From NCBI GenBank assembly GCA_965248435.1, contig OZ252100.1:2240001-2304000 (forward strand): a DNA stretch of 64,000 nucleotides. Reading direction: 5' to 3'. A program made the position numbers and the translations under genes. Within the stretch, counting starts at the first letter, position 1. Each line of letters starts with the position of its first letter. The stretch comes from Candidatus Latescibacterota bacterium (lineage in GTDB: Bacteria; Latescibacterota; UBA2968; GCA-2709665). Shown here in pieces: positions 18,462 to 28,892 of the stretch. The notes below the pieces were generated by a model that worked only from the letters and a program-made list of their open reading frames with translations, searched no databases and had not been told where the DNA came from.

Positions 18462-19709
18462 TCACAGCTCTGCATCCGCCATATCCACCATATGAACCGT
18501 CTCCCCCCCGCTGTCGATCGACTTCAGTGCTGCCATGATCATCCGCGTCGCCTCGCACCCCTGCCGCGCGCTCACCGGCGACGGCGCCCCGTCACAAAAT
18601 TTCCGAATCTGCCGAACCAGCTCCAGGTCGGCGCCGAAGTGTGTGGAGCCGAACGTCTCGTGCTTGCAGTCGATCACCTCGTGCGTCGAGCCGTAATCGG
18701 TCACGATGTCGATCATCCCAGTATGACGCGTCAGTATGATCCGACCCTTCGTCCCGACGAGCTCCAGGGTCTCCTGGTCTTCGGCCTTCGGCCCGAAAAA
18801 GCTCAGGAAGAGCGAGGCCACCATCCCGTTTTCGTACGCCACCTGAACGACCGCGTGGTCCAGGATGTCCGCGCCAGGCTTGTAGACACATGTGTCTGCC
18901 CGGCTGTAGTCATCTGTGGCATCCACCCAGGAATCCCCCGTCGCAGACCTGCCTTCCTGACTCACCGTCTTGTCACGCGTCGGGTCGACGCGATAGGGGC
19001 ATTCCAGATCGCACTCCATACACCGCTCCGGGTAGCCTTCTCTCGGGAGAAACACGCGGCGGCCTCCGAATCCAGTGATCTTTTCGGCGCGGCTCCCGGT
19101 GAACCAGTTGAACACATCCATGTGGTGCGACGACTTGTCGTTCACCGCATCCCCCGACCACTCGCGCCGCCGCGTCCAGCGGTGAAAGAAGTTGTGGAAC
19201 GGAATGATGTCCCGAATCTGGATCATGTGCAGTTCGCCGATCACTCCAGACTGAAGCAGATCATACGCCTTCAGCCACGACCTCTCGTATCGCCTCGTGA
19301 ATCCAAGAATCATCGGGTTCTTTGTCCTCTTCTCCGCCTCCGCAATCGCGATCGCGTCCTCCAGCGTATGCGCAATCGGCTTGTCCAGGTAGACCTTCTT
19401 CCCGGACTCGAGGGCGGCGACCGCCGGGTCTTTGTGCGCGCACTGCGGGGTCGTCACCACCACCAGATCGACATCCGGCCGGTCGATCAGGGCCTGGGGA
19501 TCGTCGGTGCCGGCGATCTCGAGGTCGACGCCCCGATCCCGAAAGAGCAGTTGGAGATGCCCTCGAGATTCTTCGAGCCGGTCCGGATAGATGTCGCACA
19601 ACGCGGTCACCCGCATGTCGACCTCTTCTGCAAGATCGGTCATGCGCCCGGCCAGGTTGTTGATGCCGCGATGTCCCGAACCGATGATGCCGACGTGGAT
19701 GGGATCCAT
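18462..19709 (-). CDS. Gfo/Idh/MocA family oxidoreductase
   Basis: VGIIGSGHRG, VYLDKPIA, GFTRRY, KSSHHMD. Confidence 0.88.
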   Translation of the reverse strand: MDPIHVGIIGSGHRGINNLAGRMTDLAEEVDMRVTALCDIYPDRLEESRGHLQLLFRDRGVDLEIAGTDDPQALIDRPDVDLVVVTTPQCAHKDPAVAALESGKKVYLDKPIAHTLEDAIAIAEAEKRTKNPMILGFTRRYERSWLKAYDLLQSGVIGELHMIQIRDIIPFHNFFHRWTRRREWSGDAVNDKSSHHMDVFNWFTGSRAEKITGFGGRRVFLPREGYPERCMECDLECPYRVDPTRDKTVSQEGRSATGDSWVDATDDYSRADTCVYKPGADILDHAVVQVAYENGMVASLFLSFFGPKAEDQETLELVGTKGRIILTRHTGMIDIVTDYGSTHEVIDCKHETFGSTHFGADLELVRQIRKFCDGAPSPVSARQGCEATRMIMAALKSIDSGGETVHMVDMADAEL

Positions 19710-19879
19710 AGGATTCCTCAGGTCTTGGAGACGAAGGTGAAACCGTTGACGACGCACAGCAGAACGACGAGCATGGGACCTGTAATATTCGTAAATTGGC
19801 TACACAAAGCAACGTCCGCCTCCGCCCTCCGGATCCAACGCATCGCAGTACATCAATGAATTCAGCTAACGAGAAGCTA

Positions 19880-20014
19880 CCGAGTTCCCGAGTGGGCCGA
19901 GTGGCGACCGCCGCGAGGCTCGTATCGAGGGACCGGTTTCGCTCAGGTAATACCGACCCCTCGATACAATCCCTCGTCGCACTGCCTTCGGCCGCGACTC
20001 GGGATCACTCGGGG
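19880..20014. repeat. Palindromic REP-like element
   Basis: tcccgagt...gtatcgaggg / ccctcgatac...actcggga nested inverted repeats. Confidence 0.55.
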
Positions 20015-20049
20015 ATACGGTTGTTTTAGGTTCTGATAAGGGGAAAATA

Positions 20050-20856
20050 ATGATCAAGCTCGGAACACTCTGTTCGCAAGCAACAGATCTCGAAACCTTT
20101 ATCGAATCTGTGAGCGAGTTCAGGCTGGATACGATCGATTTCCTGCGGCGCGCCTTTCCAGCCACCGATCAGGCCTATCTCAGGCAGATCAGGATGAAGT
20201 GCCTCGAAAACGGTCTGCCGATCGGCTACCTCGGCGTGAGCGGAGGGTTCGTCGGTTCCGACGACGAGATACGAGACCGCGTAGAGACGGCGAAAGAGAC
20301 GGTCGACATGGCCGTCTTCGTGGGCGCACAGCTCGTCCGGGTCTTTGGCGGGTCATACCCGCCGGGCACGCGGGACCTGGAGCCCTTCTGGCCGAAAATG
20401 ATCGCAAGCCACCAGGAGATCGCCGATTACGCGTTGGAGAAGGGAGTGATCGTCGCCCTGCAGAACCACGACAACAACAACCTGGCAGCCACATCCGAGG
20501 ATGTGCTGCGCATCCTGCGGGAAGTGGACCGGTCCAATTTCTCCTTCATTATGGACACCGGGCAATGGAAGGGATCGCCAGGGGCCTCACCCAAAGGCGA
20601 GCCCGATCCTGACGCGGACATCTATGCCTACATGGAGGAGACGGTGTCGCACGCCACCTGCGTGCGCACCAAGATCTACCGCATCGACAGCGGCGTCGAG
20701 GAATGGCTGGACTACGGTAGGATTTTCCAGATCCTCAAAGCCGCGGGCTACAACGGAAATCTCTCCGTCGTTTATGAGGGCCAGGGAGATCCTCACGTGG
20801 ACATCGGGAAGGCGGTGATCTATCTCAGGAGACTGCTGGCCGAGAATGGAATGTGA
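20050..20856 (+). CDS. Sugar phosphate isomerase/epimerase (AP-endonuclease-2 TIM barrel), copy 1
   Basis: VRVFGG, ALQNH, DTGQW, GYNGNLSVVYEG. Confidence 0.87.
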   Translation: MIKLGTLCSQATDLETFIESVSEFRLDTIDFLRRAFPATDQAYLRQIRMKCLENGLPIGYLGVSGGFVGSDDEIRDRVETAKETVDMAVFVGAQLVRVFGGSYPPGTRDLEPFWPKMIASHQEIADYALEKGVIVALQNHDNNNLAATSEDVLRILREVDRSNFSFIMDTGQWKGSPGASPKGEPDPDADIYAYMEETVSHATCVRTKIYRIDSGVEEWLDYGRIFQILKAAGYNGNLSVVYEGQGDPHVDIGKAVIYLRRLLAENGM

Positions 20857-20960
20857 TAAATCGGACCGCAGACGGCAGACGGCGGACGGCGGACGGCCTG
20901 ATGAGTAGGCCGCTTTGCGCGGTCCGCGGTCTGTGGTCGTGAATAGCTTCCCATCCATAG

Positions 20961-21389
20961 CCTGCAGAGGGATACGAGGAAGAATACGCTGCGCTCGAGC
21001 CGATCGTCAGCCGGTTCCCACAGGTGAATGTCGTTTTCGATCACCTCGCGGCGGTGCCAGCGAACGAGGCACCGCCCTATCCCCTCCTGAACATCCTCCT
21101 CCGATTCGCTCAGTATCCCAACGTTTATGTCAAGGTCTCCAACGTGTGCCACCGGTCGGAGGAACCCTATCCGCACCGGGACACCTTTCCGATAATCCAC
21201 CAGGTCTACGATGCCTTCGGCCCGGAGCGGCTGATGTGGGGATCCGACTTTCCTCACGTCATCAGGCCGGGTGCAACCGGCTATGTAGAGTCCCTTGACC
21301 TCATCCGGAAGGAGATCGACTTCTTCACGGAAGAAGATCTGGAGTGGATCCTGTGCAAGACGATCCAGAAGATCTGGCAGTTCGATTGA
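20961..21389 (+). pseudogene. 5'-truncated amidohydrolase_2 paralog
   Basis: Matches only the C-terminal half of 22372-23196 from YAALEPIV onward; in-frame TAG at 20958; no N-terminal DxHxH. Confidence 0.85.
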
Positions 21390-21399
21390 GAGGAGAGAG

Positions 21400-22206
21400 A
21401 TGATCAAAGTCGGATGTCTGCATCCGCTGTCGCCCGATATCGAATCCTTTATTGAATCCGTGAATGAGTTCAGGCTGGATACGATCGATTTTCTTCGCCG
21501 AGCCTTTTCCTCAACGGATCCGACCTACCTCCGGCACATCAAAATGCTGTGCCTCAAACACGGCCTGCCCGTCGGCTACCTCGGGGTCAGCGGGGGATTT
21601 GTGGGACCGGACGATGAGGTGCGGGCTCGCGTCGACACGGCGAAGGAAACGGTGGACGTGGCCCTCTTCATGGGCGCGCCGCTGGTCCGAGTGTTTGGCG
21701 GTTCTTACCGACCTGGGACGGAGGATCTCGAACCGCTTTGGCCGAATATGATCGCGAGCCACCAGGAGATCGCCGACTACGCGCTGGAGAAGGGCGTGAT
21801 CGTGGCCCTGCAGAACCACGACAACAACAACCTCGCGGCCACGTCGGAGGATGTGCTCAGAATTCTCCGAGAAGTGGATCGGCCGAATTTCTCATTTATC
21901 ATGGATACCGGGCAGTGGCGAGGGTCGATCGGGGCCTCGCCCAAAGGAGAGCCCGATCCGGACGCGGACATCTATGCCTACATGGAGGAGACCGTCTCGC
22001 ACGCCGTTTGCGTGCGTACGAAGTTCTACCGGATCGACAGCGGCGTGGAAGAGTGGCTGGATTACGATCGGATCATCCAGATCCTCAAAGAGGCCGACTA
22101 TAACGGTAACCTCTCCATCGCCTATGAGGGCCAGGGTGATCCGCTCGTGGACATCGGGAAGGCGGCTAACTACCTCAGGAGGCTGCTGGCCGAGAATGGG
22201 ATGTGA
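21400..22206 (+). CDS. Sugar phosphate isomerase/epimerase, copy 2
   Basis: Same length (807 bp) and highly similar to 20050-20856; RBS GAGGAG. Confidence 0.88.
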   Translation: MIKVGCLHPLSPDIESFIESVNEFRLDTIDFLRRAFSSTDPTYLRHIKMLCLKHGLPVGYLGVSGGFVGPDDEVRARVDTAKETVDVALFMGAPLVRVFGGSYRPGTEDLEPLWPNMIASHQEIADYALEKGVIVALQNHDNNNLAATSEDVLRILREVDRPNFSFIMDTGQWRGSIGASPKGEPDPDADIYAYMEETVSHAVCVRTKFYRIDSGVEEWLDYDRIIQILKEADYNGNLSIAYEGQGDPLVDIGKAANYLRRLLAENGM

Positions 22207-22371
22207 TATGCCAGACCGCGGACGGCAGACGGCGGACCGCAGAATGAATCGGCCGATTCGTTCTGTGTTGGGTGGTCTGTCGTCCGTAGTCCGCGGTCGT
22301 GAATAACTTCCTTTTCTATGGACGACATGGGGAAGTTGTTTCGTGTCAAACCGATTGAAAAGGAGACAGCC

Positions 22372-23196
22372 GTGATCATCGATCCCCACCTTCACGTCTA
22401 CAGCAGTGATACAGCCCGCTACCCTATAACGGGCCCAAGACCCGAACAGGATGGATCGGTTGAGCTGTTGAACCGAACCATGGCGGAGGCCGGGGTCGAA
22501 AAGGCGGTGATTGTTCAACCCAAACACTATCTGTTCGACAACCGCTACGTGGCGGACTGTCTGAAGCAGTTCCCCGGCAAGTTTGCGGCGGTCGGTCTCG
22601 TAGACCCCACGGCCCCGGACGCACCCGACCGTCTGGAGGAATTGATCACGGAGCACGGCTTCGGCGGCATGCGGCTGCACCTGGGGCGATACGGACCGCC
22701 GTCCGTGCTTGCGGCGACGGACAAAGATCCGATCTGGCAGCGCGCGGAGGAACTGGGGGTCTGTTTTACGCTGTTTGGAAGGGCCCAGGATTACGCGGCA
22801 CTCGAACCGATCGTCGGCCGGTTTCCGAAAGTAAATGTGGTGATCGATCACCTGGCTGGCGTGCCCGCTAGTGAAGCACCGCCTCATCCGCTCCTGGAAA
22901 TCCTTCTTCGCTTCGCCAGTTACCCGAACGTCTATGTGAAGGTCTCCAATGTGGGTGGCAGGTCGAGCGAACCCTATCCGCACCGGGACACGTTTCCGAT
23001 GATCCGCAGAGTCTACGACGCCTTCGGCCCTGAGCGGCTGATGTGGGGAACCGATTTTCCACACGTGTTCAGACCGGGTGCAACAGGATACCTGGAGTGT
23101 CTGGACCTGATCCGGAAACACATCGACTTCTTCACAGACGACGACCTGGAGTGGATCCTCTGCAAGACGATCCAGAAGATCTGGCAGTTCGATTGA
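22372..23196 (+). CDS. Amidohydrolase_2 family (L-fuconolactonase-like)
   Basis: GTG after AAGGAG; IIDPHLH, GMRLH, VVIDHLA, YVKVS, FGPERLMWGTDFP. Confidence 0.9.
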   Translation: MIIDPHLHVYSSDTARYPITGPRPEQDGSVELLNRTMAEAGVEKAVIVQPKHYLFDNRYVADCLKQFPGKFAAVGLVDPTAPDAPDRLEELITEHGFGGMRLHLGRYGPPSVLAATDKDPIWQRAEELGVCFTLFGRAQDYAALEPIVGRFPKVNVVIDHLAGVPASEAPPHPLLEILLRFASYPNVYVKVSNVGGRSSEPYPHRDTFPMIRRVYDAFGPERLMWGTDFPHVFRPGATGYLECLDLIRKHIDFFTDDDLEWILCKTIQKIWQFD

Positions 23197-23214
23197 CAAA
23201 CGCGCGATGACCTG

Positions 23215-24948
23215 CTAGGCGACCAGCTCATCCTGAACCGAGACATCCTTTGACGGTTTGAAATAGATCGCTTCGCCGGTCGGGTCGGGAAATTCTGTGA
23301 GATGCAGGTCGAGATCGGCCGATCGCTCCAGGTCGCGGTCCGCGGTCCACGCCTGCACGGCGCACTTCAGCCCGTCCGGACGGACCGTATCGTCTCCGGA
23401 CGGACCCTCGAGAGACGCCGGATCGATCCGCATCCTGCTCAAATCCGCGCCGTTGATCCGTCCCTTGTTACGCTCGGGACTGAGGCAATAGACCACCGGA
23501 CCCCGCATCACCGCGACACGGCCCTCCTGCTTCTTCCTGCCCCGGATGATTCGCCAGGGCATGGGCATGTCGAGTGTGACGTAATCTCCATGCTCCCACT
23601 TGCGTCTGATCTCGAGAAACTGTCCGCCCACAACGCCTCCGTTCTCCAGTTCGCCGTTCACCGCGACCCGCGCATTCGAACACCAGCGGGGGATCCTCAA
23701 CCGAAGCGGAAACGTCGTCGATTCGGACGGCGTGAGGGTAATCTCAACGCGTCCGGAGTTCGGGTAGTCCGTCTCCTGGCTCACGGCCAGCGATACGCCC
23801 CCTTCAAGGTCCAGGGTTGCCTTCGATGACGTATAGAGGTTGATCGCCAGGCCGTCGGCCGACCTGTAATAGACCTGGGTCGGCAGCTCGGCCACGATCC
23901 TCCTGAAATTCCCCGGGCAGCAATATAGATCGTGGGAAGGGATCTGGAGATGGGCCTTGGAGGGGTCCTCATCGAAGTAGAACCGTCTCCCATCGAACGG
24001 TATGTTGTACCGGATTCGGCGTCCGTCCGGCGACAGTGCGCCGAAAAGGGCGTTGTAGATCGAACGCTCCACGATATCTCCGTAGCGGAGGTCCCCCTCC
24101 AAACGGATCAAACTGTCCATCAGACGAATCAGGTAGGCCGTGGCGCAGGCCTCACCCAATTCGCCCGTACCACCCTGGTCCGTGTGCCAATTTTCCGAGC
24201 GACTGCACGTCCCGGTGATCACCAGCGCATCACCGGAGGTGAGGTCGTTGAGCGTGTCCCGAGTCCGTTCGAGCAGCTGTGCCTCCGGTCGAACCCGGTA
24301 GAGATCGTGCTGGGCGACGCAGCGGGCAAGACACCGGTAGACGTGCGTTTCGAGTCCAGTTCCGTATTCGCGCAGCGCCGCGTTTTCCTTCCGTCCCGTG
24401 GGCGAATTCGCACAAAAGTCCAAATACGAGGAATCACCCGTCACCCGTGACAGGGTCAGAAAGGCCTCATCCGTCCCAAGTGTCGTAAGGCCCTCTCTCT
24501 TCTCGCCCCATTGCTTCATCATGAAGTTCGCCAGCCTGACTGCCGCGCTGCCCGATCCCTCGTCTCCAAACCGGCCGTAGTTCCGGGCTAGCCCCAGGAC
24601 GATGTAGGCCATCTCGTGCACGTCATAATTCTCCTGCATCCTGTTGGCCTGCTGCATCGTGCCGATGTAACCATCCGCCTCCTGAGCCTGGATCGCCTCC
24701 CCTACGATATGATTCTTGAAAGAAGCCACGTCCGCCTCGCCTGTGTAGGCCGCAAAACTCACAGCCGCGTCGATCAGCTTTCCCAGAGCGACGTAGGGGG
24801 CGTTGTCGTGCGCCTTGAAGGGTGCGAGGAAGTGGCGGTCCACATCCAGCACAAGCAGGTTTCGCCTGAGCGTCATATCGATTCGTCGGCCGATTTCTCC
24901 GCCGACGTCAACCTGATGCGGCTCAAGGGGCGTCAACATATCTGGCAT
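23215..24948 (-). CDS. GH127 family (beta-L-arabinofuranosidase-like)
   Basis: GEACATA, ERSIYNAL, YCCPGN, ETDYP, LRLRIPRW, RGPVVY. Confidence 0.88.
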   Translation of the reverse strand: MPDMLTPLEPHQVDVGGEIGRRIDMTLRRNLLVLDVDRHFLAPFKAHDNAPYVALGKLIDAAVSFAAYTGEADVASFKNHIVGEAIQAQEADGYIGTMQQANRMQENYDVHEMAYIVLGLARNYGRFGDEGSGSAAVRLANFMMKQWGEKREGLTTLGTDEAFLTLSRVTGDSSYLDFCANSPTGRKENAALREYGTGLETHVYRCLARCVAQHDLYRVRPEAQLLERTRDTLNDLTSGDALVITGTCSRSENWHTDQGGTGELGEACATAYLIRLMDSLIRLEGDLRYGDIVERSIYNALFGALSPDGRRIRYNIPFDGRRFYFDEDPSKAHLQIPSHDLYCCPGNFRRIVAELPTQVYYRSADGLAINLYTSSKATLDLEGGVSLAVSQETDYPNSGRVEITLTPSESTTFPLRLRIPRWCSNARVAVNGELENGGVVGGQFLEIRRKWEHGDYVTLDMPMPWRIIRGRKKQEGRVAVMRGPVVYCLSPERNKGRINGADLSRMRIDPASLEGPSGDDTVRPDGLKCAVQAWTADRDLERSADLDLHLTEFPDPTGEAIYFKPSKDVSVQDELVA

Positions 24949-25166
24949 AGAGCCCTCCTGAAAACATTGGAATTGCCTAGACACCCTAACATCTGGTGTC
25001 CGTCAAACGGTTAGCCTCATGGGTCACATCTGCCTCCTCACGAGACTTCAGCGCATGGATACAACTATATATACAATCCCGGGGCCATCCTGACCATAAA
25101 TTCTTGTTGACCTACCGACGAATATGGCTAAGATGGCCACCGTGAATTTGTAGGGCTGTAAATCCG

Positions 25167-25237
25167 GTAGGAGCCGCCTCCCGGCGGCGAACAATCAGCC
25201 CTGATGCTCGCCTTCGCCAGCAGGAGCTGGCTCCTAC
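25167..25237. repeat. GTAG-family REP doublet (REPIN-like)
   Basis: gtaggagccgcctcccggcggcga ... tcgccagcaggagctggctcctac in inverted orientation. Confidence 0.75.
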
Positions 25238-25297
25238 CCCATACAAGCCCTCTAGGCACTCTGGTCAAATCTGTGAAGAACTGTAGAGAGTGACGCC

Positions 25298-27331
25298 TTG
25301 GCCACTTCCACACACCAAGAGACCGATCCGGGTCACCAATCTCTTCCGGAAACCCAACGTCGCGGATTGACCCTTCGCTCTGTCCTGCTCGGCCTCGTCC
25401 TGGTCATCGGACTCGACGTGACCGCCATTTACCTTCGCTACGTCTACCACGGCTCCCTCATGACCTACAGCCATATCCCTATGGCCATGCTCATCGTCTT
25501 CACACTGTTGATCTTTGCGGGTGCGGTCGCGGGAAGGTTGACAGGCCTTGTGCTTTCTCCCTCGGAGTGGCACACCATCTTGGCCATGGGGATCGTCGGA
25601 GCGACCGTTCCGGGCTACGGGGTCACCGGCCATCTGATCGGCTTGATGGCCGCGCCCTATTACTATCAGCTCCCATACCGCACGACGATCCCGTGGGAAG
25701 TCCACATCCATCCTTACCTCCCGGACTGGCTCTTTCCCACTAACGAAGGGAGTGCGATCAGCTGGTTCTACGAGGGACTGCCACCCGGGGCGGAGATCCC
25801 CTGGGGTGCCTGGGTGCTTCCGCTCCTCTGGTGGACCACGATGATCGCTGCTCTCTTCGTCGCGCTGGGGTGTGTGGCCGCGATCTTTCGGAAGCAGTGG
25901 GTGCGAAACGAACGTCTCGCCTTTCCCGCGATGGCACCGCTCATCCATATGGCCTCCCGTCCCGGTTCGGGGCGACACCCGCTGCCGGAGTTTACGAGGG
26001 ATAGGCGGTTCTGGATCGGTTTTGGCCTTGGCTTCGGCGTCATCGCCTGGAATTGTATCGAGTACTTCTCGGTCAACTTCCCCCGATTTCCGATACACGG
26101 TGAGACCTGGTACTGGATCGACAAACAGTTTCCCCCGATCAAAGCCTACCTCGGAATCTTCACCCTCTTCTTTTCTTACTTTGCAGGTCTGGATGTACTC
26201 TTCAGCATCTGGTTCTTCGACCTGATCTTTATCCTCGAGGCGGGCACGCTCAACAAAATGGGCTTCAATTCCATGGCGCAATTCTCTGCCCGGGGTGTCT
26301 GCCAGTGGCAGACCGTCGGCGCCTTCTTCGTGATGGTCTTATCCGTCCTCTGGATCGCGCGGGGCCACCTCCGAGACGTCTTCCGGAAGGCGCTCGACGG
26401 CAAAGCCCCGGTGGATGACAGCGACGAACTCCTTCCCTGCCGCACAGCCTTGGTCGGACTCTTACTCTCTCTGATTTACCTGTGGATCTGGTTTAGCCGG
26501 AGCGGGTATGACCCGGGACGCCTGGCCCTGACGCTTCCCGGTGTCATCCTGGCCTACATCGGCATCGCCAGGGTAATTGCCGAAACCGGGCTTCCCTACA
26601 TGAATGTCCCTCGAGGGTTCGGCGGCTGGTATATCTCTTTCTTTCTCGGGGCCATGGACGTGAGTAAGAGTACCTTCGTGGTCGGCCGGTGGTCTGCACC
26701 CAGCCTCTCACACTTCAAGGGCCTGTTCCTGCCTGCCCTCGTCCACACGGGGCGCATTGGGGAAGCGCTTTCAGGAAGCAGACGCCGTCTGATGGGCGCC
26801 GTTGGCCTTGCCTTTTCTGTAAGCTACCTTGTCTGCATCACGCTCACGCTCCATCTGGCCTACCGGGAGGGGGCATACAGCTTCAACAGCTGGGAGATCC
26901 TCGATTTCGGAGAGCGTGTCTTCAGAAAGGCCGCGGCGACGGTTTCGAATCACGCAGAAACGCCTTATCCACCGCTGGCTTCTGAACATCTCGACTATAC
27001 CGCTTTCCTTCTACTCGGCGGAGCGGCCATGTCCGCCTTGATCTACCTCCGTCACCGATTTGTCGGGTGGCCCTTCCATCCGATGGGTCTCGCCCTGATG
27101 GGGTCTGACCTGGTTCGACAAACCACGCTCACCATTTTCCTGGCTTGGCTCGTCAAATTGGTGCTGCTCAAGGTGGGGGGACAGAGCGCCTACCGAAAGT
27201 CATTGCCCCTGTTCGTCGGGCTGCTCGTCGGTTATGTTGGCGGAGTGGTGCTCTCATCGGTGATCGACATCGTCTGGTTCCCCGACCGGGGCCATGCCGT
27301 GCACGGTTTTGGAAGGGGATTCAGCTATTAG
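25298..27331 (+). CDS. Polytopic membrane protein, DUF6785/DUF6784-like putative transporter
   Basis: TLRSVLLG, IPWGAWVLPLLWW, FRKQW..NERLAFP, RVIAETG, WPFHPMG, LPLFVGL. Confidence 0.8.
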   Translation: MATSTHQETDPGHQSLPETQRRGLTLRSVLLGLVLVIGLDVTAIYLRYVYHGSLMTYSHIPMAMLIVFTLLIFAGAVAGRLTGLVLSPSEWHTILAMGIVGATVPGYGVTGHLIGLMAAPYYYQLPYRTTIPWEVHIHPYLPDWLFPTNEGSAISWFYEGLPPGAEIPWGAWVLPLLWWTTMIAALFVALGCVAAIFRKQWVRNERLAFPAMAPLIHMASRPGSGRHPLPEFTRDRRFWIGFGLGFGVIAWNCIEYFSVNFPRFPIHGETWYWIDKQFPPIKAYLGIFTLFFSYFAGLDVLFSIWFFDLIFILEAGTLNKMGFNSMAQFSARGVCQWQTVGAFFVMVLSVLWIARGHLRDVFRKALDGKAPVDDSDELLPCRTALVGLLLSLIYLWIWFSRSGYDPGRLALTLPGVILAYIGIARVIAETGLPYMNVPRGFGGWYISFFLGAMDVSKSTFVVGRWSAPSLSHFKGLFLPALVHTGRIGEALSGSRRRLMGAVGLAFSVSYLVCITLTLHLAYREGAYSFNSWEILDFGERVFRKAAATVSNHAETPYPPLASEHLDYTAFLLLGGAAMSALIYLRHRFVGWPFHPMGLALMGSDLVRQTTLTIFLAWLVKLVLLKVGGQSAYRKSLPLFVGLLVGYVGGVVLSSVIDIVWFPDRGHAVHGFGRGFSY

Positions 27332-27360
27332 GTCGATTATGATCGAAAAAGGAACACAAT

Positions 27361-28875
27361 ATGGACGCATCTCTTCCAACCCCATTCCTCGACTACTACG
27401 ACCTCGACCCCGGTGCTCCGGGCTATGATGAGGATGGGCTGGGGTATCAGATGGTCCCACCGACCGAGGGCGTGAGACTGGCGATTCAGGAGGCCCAAAA
27501 GGGCGAGGTCTTCTTGAAGGCCGATCGTCCCTGGGAGGACCCGCGCCTGCGACTGTTTGCCGCATCCATCCTCTACGAAGACGGCCGTTACAGGATGTGG
27601 TACCACAACGACCCCCGTCACGGGCGGTTGTATTACGCGGAAAGTACAGATGGCGTGGAGTGGGAAAAGCCCGATCTGGGGCGGGTCGAGTGGGAGGGAT
27701 CCAAAGCCAACAACATCGTGCTCGCTGAATCCACGGACTCACCCCGCATCTTCCGTGACCCCTCAGCCTCGGCAGATGAACGCTACAAGATGATCTACTT
27801 CTTCGGCAAGGGTCTCACTCCCGGGGGTGGCGTTTCGCCGGACGGTCTGCATTGGCGCTTTTTCGAACGTCCGATTCTCGACGAGCTTTGCGACAGCTGG
27901 AACACGGCCTGTTTTGACGAGCATCTGGGTAAGTATGTTGGATACTTTCGCGGGTGGTATGTCGGTTCGCCTCGCTCCTCGAACATCGAGGAAGAACTGC
28001 TGAGGCACGGAGGAGAGCGCGCTTCGATAACCCACGCCCCTGTGCTGGATCCGTCTCGCCGCTACATCAGCCGTTCGGAGACGGATGATTTCCGGCAGTG
28101 GCCGGAGCCGAGCCTGGTGCTGGCGCCCGATTCCCAGGACCCGATCCAGGATGATTTCTACATCCCGGGCTACATCCCCTATCCATCAAACCCCCTGTTT
28201 CACCTGATGTTCGTGACCGTATACCACCGGATAGCCGACAGGTTTGATACACAACTCGCGGTCAGCCGGAACGGGATCTTCTGGACGCGACCGGAACGCA
28301 AAGCGATCATCCCTCTTGGGCCGGCCGGCAGCCGGGAGGAGGGGATGATCAACGCCGTTGCCAACCCGGGCGGCCTGGTGCCCTTCGGGAAGGACCGGTG
28401 GGCGATGGCCTATAACCGCAGCCCCTGGCCCCACAAGAACAGGCAGCAGCGGAAGCTGGCCGTGCCCCCCGAGCCCGGATTCGTGCGCTGGGCGACCTGG
28501 CAGCGCGACAGGCTGGTCGCCCTGGAGGCCCGGCAGGCTGGACAGGTGACGCTCAAACCAAGATCTTGCCTGGCACCCGACCTTCGCCTCAACTATCGCG
28601 TCTTCCCCGGCGGCTGGATCAGAGCCGAACTGATCGACAAGCGTGATGTATCCTACGATCAGAGCGTCAACATTTCCGAGTGGAACCCCAGTCCCATCGA
28701 GGGACACGCGTTCCAGGATTGTGAGCCGCTCGGCGGCGATGAGCTGGACGGCGGCGATGAGCTGGACGGCATCGTTCGGTGGAAAGGCGGGCGCGATCTC
28801 ACGAAACTGAGAGGGCGGAAACTCGTCATCCGGTTCCAGCTCGAGCGGGCCCAGCTCTTCAGCTTCACGGTCTGA
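27361..28875 (+). CDS. Putative five-bladed beta-propeller glycosidase-like protein
   Basis: DRPWE, YRMWY, YAESTDGVEWEKPDLG, SPDGLHW, QLAVSRNGIFW, RDRLVAL. Confidence 0.7.
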   Translation: MDASLPTPFLDYYDLDPGAPGYDEDGLGYQMVPPTEGVRLAIQEAQKGEVFLKADRPWEDPRLRLFAASILYEDGRYRMWYHNDPRHGRLYYAESTDGVEWEKPDLGRVEWEGSKANNIVLAESTDSPRIFRDPSASADERYKMIYFFGKGLTPGGGVSPDGLHWRFFERPILDELCDSWNTACFDEHLGKYVGYFRGWYVGSPRSSNIEEELLRHGGERASITHAPVLDPSRRYISRSETDDFRQWPEPSLVLAPDSQDPIQDDFYIPGYIPYPSNPLFHLMFVTVYHRIADRFDTQLAVSRNGIFWTRPERKAIIPLGPAGSREEGMINAVANPGGLVPFGKDRWAMAYNRSPWPHKNRQQRKLAVPPEPGFVRWATWQRDRLVALEARQAGQVTLKPRSCLAPDLRLNYRVFPGGWIRAELIDKRDVSYDQSVNISEWNPSPIEGHAFQDCEPLGGDELDGGDELDGIVRWKGGRDLTKLRGRKLVIRFQLERAQLFSFTV

Positions 28876-28892
28876 GCGTCGAGGAGGAGGAC

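Noticed and set aside
18492-19859. 455-aa plus-strand ORF and similar antisense ORFs (9539-10732, 21892-23199, 58885-59700)
   Set aside because: Shadow frames of well-supported opposite-strand genes in high-GC DNA
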